From the NCBI GenBank assembly GCA_017303755.1, contig JAFLBS010000007.1, forward strand, positions 92,470 through 156,469: a DNA stretch of 64,000 bases, read 5' to 3'. The notes beneath the pieces were generated by a model, which did not search any database, had not been told where the DNA came from, and saw only the letters and a program-made list of their open reading frames with translations. Position numbers and translations under genes: made by a program. Source of the DNA: Flavobacteriales bacterium (GTDB lineage Bacteria > Bacteroidota > Bacteroidia > Flavobacteriales > Flavobacteriaceae). Below, one piece after another: positions 8,408 to 17,169 of the stretch (position 1 is the first letter of the stretch; every line of letters starts with the position of its first letter).

Positions 8408-11022
8408 TGAGAGCCCCTTTTTTTCCAACATTTTATGGTGTGATCGCCATAATTTTAGTTGGGTTAGTTCCCTGTCCTGTAATGGGACAGGTGCTAACTA
8501 AGAAGCATGTGACCGAAGCCGATTATGGTTTGTGGCATCGAATGATACAAGAGCAATTGTCTGACAATGGTAATTGGGTTAGTTATCGGTTTTTGTACTC
8601 GAATTCGATTGATACGACGTTTGTGGTTCAGACGAAAACGATGAAAAAGTTTATTTTCCCCAATGCAGTTTCTGGACAGTTTGATGGCGAAAAAAGCTTT
8701 GCCTTTATCAAAAAGGAAGGATTGGTATTGTTTGATTTGAAGAGCTGTACTGAAAAGTTATTACCAAATGTAAGTCGGTTTGCGTTTTCGGCAGATGGGC
8801 TGTATTTGGTTACTTTGGAAAATGCCAGTACGTTAGTCATTAGAAAGAACGAAACAATTGTTGAGCGGATTGAAAATGTAACTACTTATGAGTGGAATAA
8901 TGATAAGACCAAGTTGGTTTATGCAACTTCTACAACTGGTAATGGTTCTGTTGGCTCTTTGAACTTTAAAAACACTTTCAGTAAGCAAGAAATTTTGAAA
9001 CCAACAAAACAAACTTTTGAAGTTTTCAAGTGGCAAAATAATGAAAATTCTGTTGCTTTTTATGGCATTGATAAAGGAAATGAAGCAGTGTTTTATTATA
9101 ATTTTGGGACAAGTCAGTTATTTACGTTGAACTCTTCGGATGCAATTTTTCCGTCGCAACTGAAAATTGCTCCCGACCAAAATATTGAATTGAAAGTTTC
9201 TCGTGATGGTAAAAAAGTGTTTTTTGGTGTTTCCTCAGTTGTTGCAAAAGATACCACCCAATATTCTAGTGGTGTTGAAGTTTGGCATACAAAAGATAAG
9301 GTGCTTTATAGAGAACGAGCGATGCGCGCAAGTTTGGCTTATCCGCAATTTTTAGCAGTTTGGTTGCCCATAGAAAAAATTGTTCGTCAACTCAATTCGG
9401 AGCAACAAAAATGGGTTGTTTTGAACGGTACTCAAGATTATGCTCTTGTGGCTGCTATTGATCAATATGAACCGCAGTATAAATGTTATGCGAGTATGGA
9501 CTTTTACTTGATGGATATTAGAACCGGTGAAAAAGAATTGGTGTTGAAAGAACAGACAGGATATGATAGTCAGATGGATTTTTCGCCCGATGGTAGGTAT
9601 ATTAGTTATTACAACAATAGTAATTGGTGGCTTTATGATATTGTAAAAAAATCACATATTAATATTACCCATGGTTTAAACGCTAGTTGGGATAACCGAA
9701 TCAATGATCCTGCTCAGGAGTTGCGCTTATGGGGTCAGACTGATTGGACGAAAGATGGGAAATTTATATTGTGTTATGATTATCATGATATCTGGGCGAT
9801 TTCTCTTGATGGCAAACAACGCATGCGACTTACTATTGGTAAAGAAAAGAACTTGCGGTTTCGATTTGATACTTCATCAATTTCTAATGTTGAAGAGTTT
9901 AATTATTCGAATACCGGAACTTTTATTTATGATTTATCAAAAGAACTTATTCTGACTGCATTTGATTTGTATAGTGGTGCACGCGGTTATTATCAATTGC
10001 AACCTAATAAAAAACCACAAGCCCTTATAGTTGAAGATGGAATGGTTACTAAATACACTAAATCAAAAAAAGGTAGTGCTTTTATATGTGTGAAGCAACG
10101 TTTTGATTTGCCACCAACACTAGTGTTTCAGAATAATGGTTTGTCAAAAATAATTGCTCAAAGTAATGCACATCAAAAGAAGTATCATTGGGGCAAATCG
10201 GAAATGATACATTATGCTGATAGTAAGGGAACACCATTGAATGGAGCTTTGTATTATCCTGCAAATTATGACGGAACTAAAAAAGTTCCTTTGGTTGTTT
10301 ATATTTATGAGGTAGTTTCTAGTGATGTGCACAAACATGTAAATCCGAGCTATGATAATATCATCGGTTTCAATATCTCCAACTTGACTACCAATGGCTA
10401 TGCCGTTTTATTGGCTGACATAGCCTATGAAAAAGGAAATACTGGTGTTTCAGCTGCTGATTGTGTAACTGCTGGTGCTACAAAAGTGATACAAATGGGA
10501 GTAGCTGATGAAAAAAGAATTGGGTTATTTGGACATTCGTTTGGTGGTTATGAAACTAATTTTATACTTACTCAAACGGATTTATTTGCTACTGCAATAA
10601 GTGGCAATGGCATTTCGGATGTTGTAACACATTATTTTAATTATAATAATGATTGGGGTTCTATTGACAGCTGGCGTTATGAGAATCAACAATGGCGAAT
10701 GGGTTTTCCGTTTTTTGATAATAAGGAAGCTTATTACAGCAATTCACCTATACAAAACGCTGATAAAATTACTACTCCTTTACTTACATGGACTGGAAAG
10801 TTGGATCAAAATATAAGACCTGAACAGTCAGAAGCCTTTTACGCCGCATTCAGACGATTGAAAAAAGAAAACGTAATGTTGGTCTATTCTAGTGATGGTC
10901 ATGTTCTATTTAACCCAAATAACCAGAAGGATTTGACGTTGAAAGTGAAGGATTGGTTTGGTCATTATTTGAAAGATGAACCAAAGAAAGAATGGATGAA
11001 AGCGGATTTTGTAACCAATTAA
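8407..11022 (+). CDS. Secreted S9 (prolyl oligopeptidase/acylaminoacyl peptidase) family peptidase
   Basis: Signal peptide, beta-propeller region, GHSFGG nucleophile elbow, Asp (LDQNI) and His (DGHVL). Confidence 0.92.
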   Translation: MRAPFFPTFYGVIAIILVGLVPCPVMGQVLTKKHVTEADYGLWHRMIQEQLSDNGNWVSYRFLYSNSIDTTFVVQTKTMKKFIFPNAVSGQFDGEKSFAFIKKEGLVLFDLKSCTEKLLPNVSRFAFSADGLYLVTLENASTLVIRKNETIVERIENVTTYEWNNDKTKLVYATSTTGNGSVGSLNFKNTFSKQEILKPTKQTFEVFKWQNNENSVAFYGIDKGNEAVFYYNFGTSQLFTLNSSDAIFPSQLKIAPDQNIELKVSRDGKKVFFGVSSVVAKDTTQYSSGVEVWHTKDKVLYRERAMRASLAYPQFLAVWLPIEKIVRQLNSEQQKWVVLNGTQDYALVAAIDQYEPQYKCYASMDFYLMDIRTGEKELVLKEQTGYDSQMDFSPDGRYISYYNNSNWWLYDIVKKSHINITHGLNASWDNRINDPAQELRLWGQTDWTKDGKFILCYDYHDIWAISLDGKQRMRLTIGKEKNLRFRFDTSSISNVEEFNYSNTGTFIYDLSKELILTAFDLYSGARGYYQLQPNKKPQALIVEDGMVTKYTKSKKGSAFICVKQRFDLPPTLVFQNNGLSKIIAQSNAHQKKYHWGKSEMIHYADSKGTPLNGALYYPANYDGTKKVPLVVYIYEVVSSDVHKHVNPSYDNIIGFNISNLTTNGYAVLLADIAYEKGNTGVSAADCVTAGATKVIQMGVADEKRIGLFGHSFGGYETNFILTQTDLFATAISGNGISDVVTHYFNYNNDWGSIDSWRYENQQWRMGFPFFDNKEAYYSNSPIQNADKITTPLLTWTGKLDQNIRPEQSEAFYAAFRRLKKENVMLVYSSDGHVLFNPNNQKDLTLKVKDWFGHYLKDEPKKEWMKADFVTN

Positions 11023-11025
11023 AAT

Positions 11026-11057
11026 AATATGCAGTTTCCTCTTGGAAACTGCATATT
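11026..11057. terminator. Bidirectional terminator between convergent genes
   Basis: Perfect 14-bp inverted repeat AATATGCAGTTTCC-tctt-GGAAACTGCATATT. Confidence 0.85.
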
Positions 11058-11068
11058 TCTTTTACAGC

Positions 11069-11350
11069 TTATGGTACCGGTTTGTAAAGATTTACACTAC
11101 AGGCATTTGCGCCATTTTTCAACCACACTCGTCTTGGAATGTCTTCATTAGACATACATGCTTGACTGCCAGTTGTAAGACAATCCACCGAAACTGGATG
11201 ACAGATTGCAGGCGAAGGATTTTGGATGAATCCTGAGATTAAAACTGTTTTTTTTGATTCTGCAATTTTAGCCTCGTTTGTGCTCACTGCTCCAGCACTT
11301 GCCAATGTGAATGCCAATACTGGCAAGATCACTTTTAAAATGGTTTTCAT
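11069..11350 (-). CDS. Small secreted four-Cys peptide, DUF6520-like
   Basis: 93 aa. Hydrophobic leader (LPVLAFTLASAGAVST), four Cys, C-terminal C-x3-LYK. Confidence 0.75.
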   Translation of the reverse strand: MKTILKVILPVLAFTLASAGAVSTNEAKIAESKKTVLISGFIQNPSPAICHPVSVDCLTTGSQACMSNEDIPRRVWLKNGANACSVNLYKPVP

Positions 11351-11443
11351 GGTAATAGAATTTTAATTATTTTTTTTGACTTACTCTTTTTTACAGGTTT
11401 TCAGTCTCGTTCCTGCTACTGATCAGAATAGATTTTTATGTTG

Positions 11444-12931
11444 TTATTTGTTGTTGAAATGTTTTTTACTCAACTGGTATTTGTGTAAGCGATGTCCAAT
11501 TATTGCGTAGAGATAATTATCTATTACAAACATTTCTTGCAACTTGGTTTTATTAATGTTATAGATGTAGATACTTGACAAGTAGGTGTTTTTTTCGATG
11601 TTGTACACATCCACAATTGAAGCTTGTTTCCACATTTCTTTGGGTTCATATCGTCCGATTAATTTTGAATTTACAAATAGTAAATTATTAGAAACTGCCG
11701 TTAGTTTGTTTACAGTTGGCGGAAGTGATGCTATTTTTCGTTGTCCCGTTTCTTTAATGTGCGCTACTTTGAGCTTGGCTTTGGTTGTTGTGTCTATAGT
11801 ACTTCCGCGACGGATTAGTTTGAGGTTGGTATCGGCTATGATGAATTGATTTCGGTAGTAATAGGTGTAGATGAATTTTTGCGATTGTTGGTCAAACTGC
11901 ATCATGCCATCAGTATCAAAAAAGCCGTCTATTTGCTTTTGTAATAGCTGAGGTGCATAGTTTACTTGTAAACTGTCTTTGAAAGTAAACGTTCCTAAAA
12001 TGTTATAAAGCGTTTTTAATTGTTGTGCCCGAAAGGCTATTTTATCTGGAGCAATTATTTCGGCTTTTGAGAAATAGTAGTTGTTGTCATACATTACAAG
12101 TTTTGCTTTCCAATCGGATATATTTCCTTTATAGATCACTGGTACAGTGCCATCCATCAGATAAAAATAAGGAGGTGCAATTCGGACTTGTACTGAAACG
12201 AAAGGAAAGTTTTCGCGCTCCAGTTGTATTTTATATTGACGCTTGGTTTTTAAAATGGTATCGTAAGCTAGTATGTGTAATGGTGCTTGACTGTCACCGA
12301 AATAAATGGTTTTGCCATCGGTTCCTGCATAGTATTTTGAATTATTTGTTAATTCGGCTTCGGCTGTTTGGGTTGTTGCACCTTGAATAAATCTTCGGAT
12401 GAATGGGTTTTCGCGGTGCATGGTGTTTTCTGAATAGAAGTATAGAATAACAATTACAGCTGAACCGATAATTGCGATAATTGCCAGTTTTAGAACTGTT
12501 TTGGATTTATTCGTTACCATAAATACTGAGGCTATTGCCGCGAGAATTGTAAAAGCGATATTGAAAATTAGGTGTTCTTTCCAGCCCATTTCTTCAAGTA
12601 TTCCTCCGCAGGAACAAGGCACAAATGAGGAATAATTGAGAATAACAACAATATACGCAGTGAACATTAGCATTAATCCAAATGAGGCTAACAAAGCAAT
12701 ATATCTTGATTTTGGAAAAGCCAGTAGTAAAGCGATGAGGAATTCAATTATTAAAACTGAATAGGAAACAAATCCGGTGTATGCGCTTATAAGTGGTGAT
12801 TGACCGAGTTGGGCTTGAAAGTTTTGGAATTCTAATAACTTGCTTAATGCGGAGTAAACAAAAAGTATCATTAGTAAAATACTTATTATTTCTACAAGAA
12901 TTGTTTTAAGATTGGTGACCTTTATTTTCAT
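11444..12931 (-). CDS. MauE/DoxX-family membrane redox protein fused to a large soluble C-terminal domain
   Basis: LFVYSALSKL, five TM segments, PCSCGGILE motif, then ~320 aa of beta-rich soluble sequence. Confidence 0.85.
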   Translation of the reverse strand: MKIKVTNLKTILVEIISILLMILFVYSALSKLLEFQNFQAQLGQSPLISAYTGFVSYSVLIIEFLIALLLAFPKSRYIALLASFGLMLMFTAYIVVILNYSSFVPCSCGGILEEMGWKEHLIFNIAFTILAAIASVFMVTNKSKTVLKLAIIAIIGSAVIVILYFYSENTMHRENPFIRRFIQGATTQTAEAELTNNSKYYAGTDGKTIYFGDSQAPLHILAYDTILKTKRQYKIQLERENFPFVSVQVRIAPPYFYLMDGTVPVIYKGNISDWKAKLVMYDNNYYFSKAEIIAPDKIAFRAQQLKTLYNILGTFTFKDSLQVNYAPQLLQKQIDGFFDTDGMMQFDQQSQKFIYTYYYRNQFIIADTNLKLIRRGSTIDTTTKAKLKVAHIKETGQRKIASLPPTVNKLTAVSNNLLFVNSKLIGRYEPKEMWKQASIVDVYNIEKNTYLSSIYIYNINKTKLQEMFVIDNYLYAIIGHRLHKYQLSKKHFNNK

Positions 12932-13023
12932 AGTTTAATAGAATTGGTAGTGTAAAATTCTATAAATGAAAATGTTATCCTATTTCATTTCGGGAATATC
13001 GGTTTGCAAAATTGGGAATGACT

Positions 13024-13593
13024 TTATTGGCTATCGCTTTCTTTTTCTCTTTTTACTTCGCTTGGCGGAAAATTGTACCGTTTTTTAAATGCTTTATAGA
13101 AATTTGGATAATCATTAAACCCGCATATCAAAGCAATTTCTTTCAATGGAATTGCTGTTTCCTTGATTAGAAAATGCGCTTTCTTCAATCGCTCGTCATT
13201 GTAAAATTGATAGATGCTTGTCTTTACAATATTCCGGAAGCTGTCTTTTAAAGTGAACTCATTAGTGCCAAACATTTTTGAAAGTTCTTTGGTGGTTGGT
13301 AAAGGTTCTTCTAAATGATTTTTGATGTAGTCAAGGACTTTATGAATTAATTCGGCATCGGATTGTTTAGAAGTATTTTGATTTGTACTGTAATCATAAG
13401 GTTGTTTTTTGAACTCGTATTTCGAAATTATATTTTGCATTTTTTCCGCTACTTCATTTAGCATGGTTGCCAATTGGTCCAACTCATCGCCACTACCATT
13501 TGGCTCCACTCGGAACGCTAGATTTCCGGTTGCCATTTCTAAAAGCATCTTATATAAGCTTTTAATTCGCTGTTGGTTTTGTTGATTATCCAT
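13024..13593 (-). CDS. AraC-family regulator with an N-terminal HAMP-like segment
   Basis: EMATGNLAFRVE..DELDQLATMLN (HAMP-like) and C-terminal LKEIALICGFNDYPNFYKAFKKRY. Confidence 0.9.
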   Translation of the reverse strand: MDNQQNQQRIKSLYKMLLEMATGNLAFRVEPNGSGDELDQLATMLNEVAEKMQNIISKYEFKKQPYDYSTNQNTSKQSDAELIHKVLDYIKNHLEEPLPTTKELSKMFGTNEFTLKDSFRNIVKTSIYQFYNDERLKKAHFLIKETAIPLKEIALICGFNDYPNFYKAFKKRYNFPPSEVKREKESDSQ

Positions 13594-13731
13594 TAAGGTA
13601 TATGTGTGAATGATTGCCAGAAAGGAAGTTGGGAAATGCTGACAAAACTATAGCATCGAAGTTTATAAATCAAGAAGTATAGTGTTCCATTCGGGAATTA
13701 AACACCTTGTTTTGGATCTATTTTAAATAAA

Positions 13732-13760
13732 AAAAGCATTGCAGTTAGTGCAATGCTTTT
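13732..13760. terminator. Terminator downstream of the left integrase
   Basis: 12-bp inverted repeat AAAAGCATTGCA-gttag-TGCAATGCTTTT. Confidence 0.8.
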
Positions 13761-13779
13761 AAAATTTTTAAAAGTTACT

Positions 13780-15018
13780 CTATGAACTTTTCGCAACTAG
13801 TTGAGGTGCTAATTTTTGCTTGAGAATAGCCATATCATCACTAACTTTTCTATCAACTACTTTTGCGTAATGTTGCGTGGTTCTGATGTTAGTGTGACCA
13901 AGCATTTTGCTCACGCTTTCTATCGGAACGCCATTTGTAAGCGTTATAGAAGTTGCAAATGAGTGTCGTGCAAGATGAAAAGTTAATTCGGTTTTAATGC
14001 CACAAACATCACCAATTTCTTTTAGATAGCTGTTCATTTTTTGATTGCTTAGAACAGGAAGGATTGTTTCTTCATTTATGCACTTTGGATGCGATGCATA
14101 CTTTGCCATGATTTGTTCTGGAATAGGAAGTAATGGAATTTTTGAACTGGTATCGGTTTTTTGCCTGTTCTTGAAAATCCATTTGTTGCCATCAATACCA
14201 ATTCCAATATGATCAGAAGTTAATTGTTTTACATCGATGTAAGCAAGACCTGTGAAACAACAAAATATGAAAATATCACGCACTTGAATTAATCGTTCAC
14301 AATGAAACTTCTTGTTGTAAATAGTTTCGATTTCGCTCTCAGTTAAAAAATCTCTTTCAACTTCCTTGATTTTTCCCTTATACTTTACAAATGGACTTTC
14401 AATAATCCATCTGTTATCCAAGCAGATTTGAATTATCTTCTTGAAGTTTTTGATGTATTTTACAGTTGTATTGTTACTGCAACCACGTTCAGTTCTCAAG
14501 TAGAAATCGTAATCGGTTATAAAAGCTAAGTCGATATCCTTGATATTAATATCTGAAATATTGAATTTCCATTTCATGAATTCTTTAGTATGGCTAAGTG
14601 AAGTTTTGTAACGTTCTAATGTTCCTGGAGAATATTCTTCAGTCTTTACTAAAGCTTCAATTTGATCATTGTGATTTTGAAAGATGGGTACTAGTGTTCG
14701 CTGTTTTTCAGTTTTGCCTGTCAGCACATTATTAAAAACTTCGGCAGTAATGTCCTTATCAACTGCGATTAGTTTCTTTTCAATACTAGAATTTTTTGCA
14801 ATCAGTGAATCAAGGTGGCTATTTATTGTTCTAGCTTCTTCAGAAGTGCCTTTCATTCTGCCTGCTTCTGTTGACCATTTTGTAGGATCAATGTACTTTC
14901 CGGTGCTTTTGTCAAGGCGTTTTCCGTTGATTGTGGTTCTGTGATAAATTGGAACTAGTCCGTGTACATTGGCTTTCGCTCTTTTTAGATAAAAAAGATT
15001 TGTGATTGTTGCTTCCAT
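13780..15018 (-). CDS. int: Tyrosine integrase (Bacteroidota NBU/CTn type) of the left island
   Basis: Arm-binding N-domain, SAM-like domain, R (FTGLAY family variant), HLARHSFAT, LGH, Y (TQHYAK). Adjacent to the att copy at 15269. Confidence 0.95.
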   Translation of the reverse strand: MEATITNLFYLKRAKANVHGLVPIYHRTTINGKRLDKSTGKYIDPTKWSTEAGRMKGTSEEARTINSHLDSLIAKNSSIEKKLIAVDKDITAEVFNNVLTGKTEKQRTLVPIFQNHNDQIEALVKTEEYSPGTLERYKTSLSHTKEFMKWKFNISDINIKDIDLAFITDYDFYLRTERGCSNNTTVKYIKNFKKIIQICLDNRWIIESPFVKYKGKIKEVERDFLTESEIETIYNKKFHCERLIQVRDIFIFCCFTGLAYIDVKQLTSDHIGIGIDGNKWIFKNRQKTDTSSKIPLLPIPEQIMAKYASHPKCINEETILPVLSNQKMNSYLKEIGDVCGIKTELTFHLARHSFATSITLTNGVPIESVSKMLGHTNIRTTQHYAKVVDRKVSDDMAILKQKLAPQLVAKSS

Positions 15019-15121
15019 TTTGGTGACCTTTTAATTAGTAATAATTTAGTTAAAAAGTCAAATTGGTACAAGATGTTCATTTTCTGAACTGGCTTTAAAT
15101 ACTGAGGTTGGCGACCAGATA

Positions 15122-15166
15122 GGGGCACAATTTTTATTGATTGCCTTGTGCCCCGAATTGTGCCCC
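15122..15166. promoter_or_regulatory. Putative integrase arm-type binding sites (left island)
   Basis: GGGGCACAA (15122-15130) inverted to two direct TTGTGCCCC copies (15146-15154, 15158-15166), between int and att. Confidence 0.6.
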
Positions 15167-15210
15167 TTTAGTATTGCGAATTAATGAATATTTTGATATG
15201 GGATTAAAAC

Positions 15211-15246
15211 AAAAAACCCCGAAAATCATAAGATTTAAGGGGTTTT
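15211..15246 (-). terminator. att-adjacent hairpin/terminator
   Basis: AAAAAACCCCGAAAATCATAAGATTTAAGGGGTTTT, near-identical to 61142-61177. Confidence 0.7.
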
Positions 15247-15268
15247 GGACTACTTTAAAAAGTATTTT

Positions 15269-15285
15269 GCGGAGAAAGAGGGATT
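15269..15285. repeat. att core: duplication of the tRNA-Ser 3' end
   Basis: GCGGAGAAAGAGGGATT, identical to 61200-61216 (17 bp). Confidence 0.95.
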
Positions 15286-15522
15286 TGTCCATCATTTCTA
15301 ACCGATTGATATTGTTGATTTTAATATCTTTTATAATCCTAGGGTCTCGCTTTTGCTCCTCTAAATGACGTGCAAATTTTTCGAAATCTTATATTACAAA
15401 TGTATGAAAACTAAAGGATTAATCATAACAAAACTTCAATTTATTGTTCAATAAATGAACTAGTTATTGAACTTATCAAGACAATTTCAGAAGTTTAATT
15501 ATTACTACTTTCTTTTACCACC

Positions 15523-15726
15523 TCATCCAATAATCAAAGGTTCTACTTGTTCAATCTTTAGGCTCGTGTATTGGCAGAACTCTTCGACTGATACAAACTC
15601 ATTTTCAAGCTTATTCAGGTCCTTTCTTATCTTTTGTAATAATCTAGCACTTTGTCTATAACTCTTTCCTGTAACGAGTTGTATATCCTTTGGGTAGATA
15701 CATATTCTCTTTTTTTCCATTTTCAT
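15523..15726 (-). CDS. Small basic putative DNA-binding protein (67 aa)
   Basis: IYPKDIQLVTGKSYRQSARLLQKIR, a MerR/Xis-like wHTH pattern. Divergent from the 16012 operon. Confidence 0.65.
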   Translation of the reverse strand: MKMEKKRICIYPKDIQLVTGKSYRQSARLLQKIRKDLNKLENEFVSVEEFCQYTSLKIEQVEPLIIG

Positions 15727-16011
15727 ACTTTATCTATGCCTTTGACTAGGCTTTGATATGCTTGAAACCTAGTCCAGTTTATCTAAAAATCGGATAAAAG
15801 TAAGTCATAATTGTTTTGGTTCAGAAGCAATAATTGAACTGGTTCAATGACAATTATGACTGTTTTGGACATTTATGTCTATTAATGACACTTGAATATT
15901 AAGCAAAAGAATTAAAACTAAAATTTGTTCTCAAATCAATCTAAGGATGTTGCAACAAAGATGATGATTGAGGGAATTGTTCACTGATTTATAAACAAAT
16001 TTTTAAAAGTT

Positions 16012-16770
16012 ATGGCTAGACAGAAAGGCATAATTAAATTAAAAGGTACTATCGGAGATATTACTTTTTACAAAACGCAAGATGGACACTTGGCAAGAGA
16101 AAAAGGCGGAATTGACGCTAGTAGAATTGCAAGTGATCCAGCGTTTCAAAGAACTCGTGAGAATGGTTCCGAGTTTGGCAGAGCAGGAAAAGCTGGGAAG
16201 CTTTTGCGCACTGCTTTAAGACCATTACTTATTAATTCTGCTGATGGTAGAATGGTAAGTCGATTAACCCAAGCTATGGTTAAAGTTATTCAAGCTGACT
16301 TAGTGAGTGATAGAGGTTTGCGTAACGTTATTGATGGAGAAGCTGAATTGTTATTTGGTTTTGAATTCAATATTCGTGGTAAATTAGGTACAAGCTTGTT
16401 TGCACCATTTGTAGCAACAATTGATCGTGTTGCTGGTGAAATTTCAGTTGATATTGCTTCGTTTATTCCTGCGAATATGATTGCTGCACCAAGTGGAACT
16501 ACTCACTTCAAAATTATTTCTGGCGGTGCTGAGGTAGATTTTGAAGCTGAAACGTTTGTTGTTGCTACTTCTGAAACTGCAATTTTGCCATGGGATGCAA
16601 CACCAACAGCTGTTATTAATCAAGTGAATGCGGTTACTGCTGCTAGTACGAAACCTTTGTTTTTGGCTTTGGGAGTTGAATTTTATCAACAAATTAATGG
16701 AACTATGTATCCGCTGAAAAATGGTGCATTTAACCCATTATCTGTTGCTAAGGTTGACAGTGGTGTGTAA
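16012..16770 (+). CDS. Conserved hypothetical protein (252 aa), candidate structural protein
   Basis: Strong A-rich leader, basic N-terminus (MARQKGIIKLKGTIGDITFYK), helical middle, beta-rich C-half. Coupled to the next gene. Confidence 0.8.
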   Translation: MARQKGIIKLKGTIGDITFYKTQDGHLAREKGGIDASRIASDPAFQRTRENGSEFGRAGKAGKLLRTALRPLLINSADGRMVSRLTQAMVKVIQADLVSDRGLRNVIDGEAELLFGFEFNIRGKLGTSLFAPFVATIDRVAGEISVDIASFIPANMIAAPSGTTHFKIISGGAEVDFEAETFVVATSETAILPWDATPTAVINQVNAVTAASTKPLFLALGVEFYQQINGTMYPLKNGAFNPLSVAKVDSGV

Positions 16771-17165
16771 TGGTTTTATTGCTTACTAGAACTTATTTCC
16801 CTGAAGGAACGAATGGTAAACTCGAATGTGAAGGTAAATTGATTTGCAATACAATTGAATTGCCTTGGAAGATGAACGAAACGAAGGTTTCCTGCATTCC
16901 TGAAGGGAAGTATTTTATTAAAAAGCGATACAGTCGGAAGTTTCAATGGCATTTGGAAGTGATTGATGTAAAAAATAGAAGCTTTATTCTATTTCATTCT
17001 GCCAATAATGCTCTCAAAGAGCTAAATGGTTGTATTGCTCCAGTTACAAAACTTTCTGGACCAGGTTTAGGCCTGATGTCGAGAAAGGCATTTATCAAGT
17101 TAAAAAACTTGGTATATCGTGCTTTAGATAGCACAGAAAAAGTTTTATTAATTATTAAATCGTAA
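16770..17165 (+). CDS. DUF5675-family protein (YkuD/L,D-peptidase-like His/Cys motif), putative lysin
   Basis: GTNGKL..CNTIELPW..SCIPEGKY..ILFHSANN...GCIAP pattern. Confidence 0.8.
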   Translation: MVLLLTRTYFPEGTNGKLECEGKLICNTIELPWKMNETKVSCIPEGKYFIKKRYSRKFQWHLEVIDVKNRSFILFHSANNALKELNGCIAPVTKLSGPGLGLMSRKAFIKLKNLVYRALDSTEKVLLIIKS

Positions 17166-17169
17166 AAAG

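Larger units (their letters stand above)
1..15285. mobile_element. Left tandem genomic island (partial), integrated at the duplicated tRNA-Ser 3' end
   Basis: Same att / hairpin / arm-site / integrase layout as the element next to the tRNA. Carries defence and Sus cargo. Far boundary is not in the window. Confidence 0.75.

Noticed and set aside
4037-10338. Numerous antisense ORFs within susC, susD and the S9 gene
   Set aside because: Shadow frames of long, well-supported genes. The same applies to the antisense ORFs over the defence operon, cargo and ribB.
15141-15368. 75-aa ORF spanning the att site
   Set aside because: It crosses arm sites, the hairpin and the att junction between two elements, so it is not a plausible gene.
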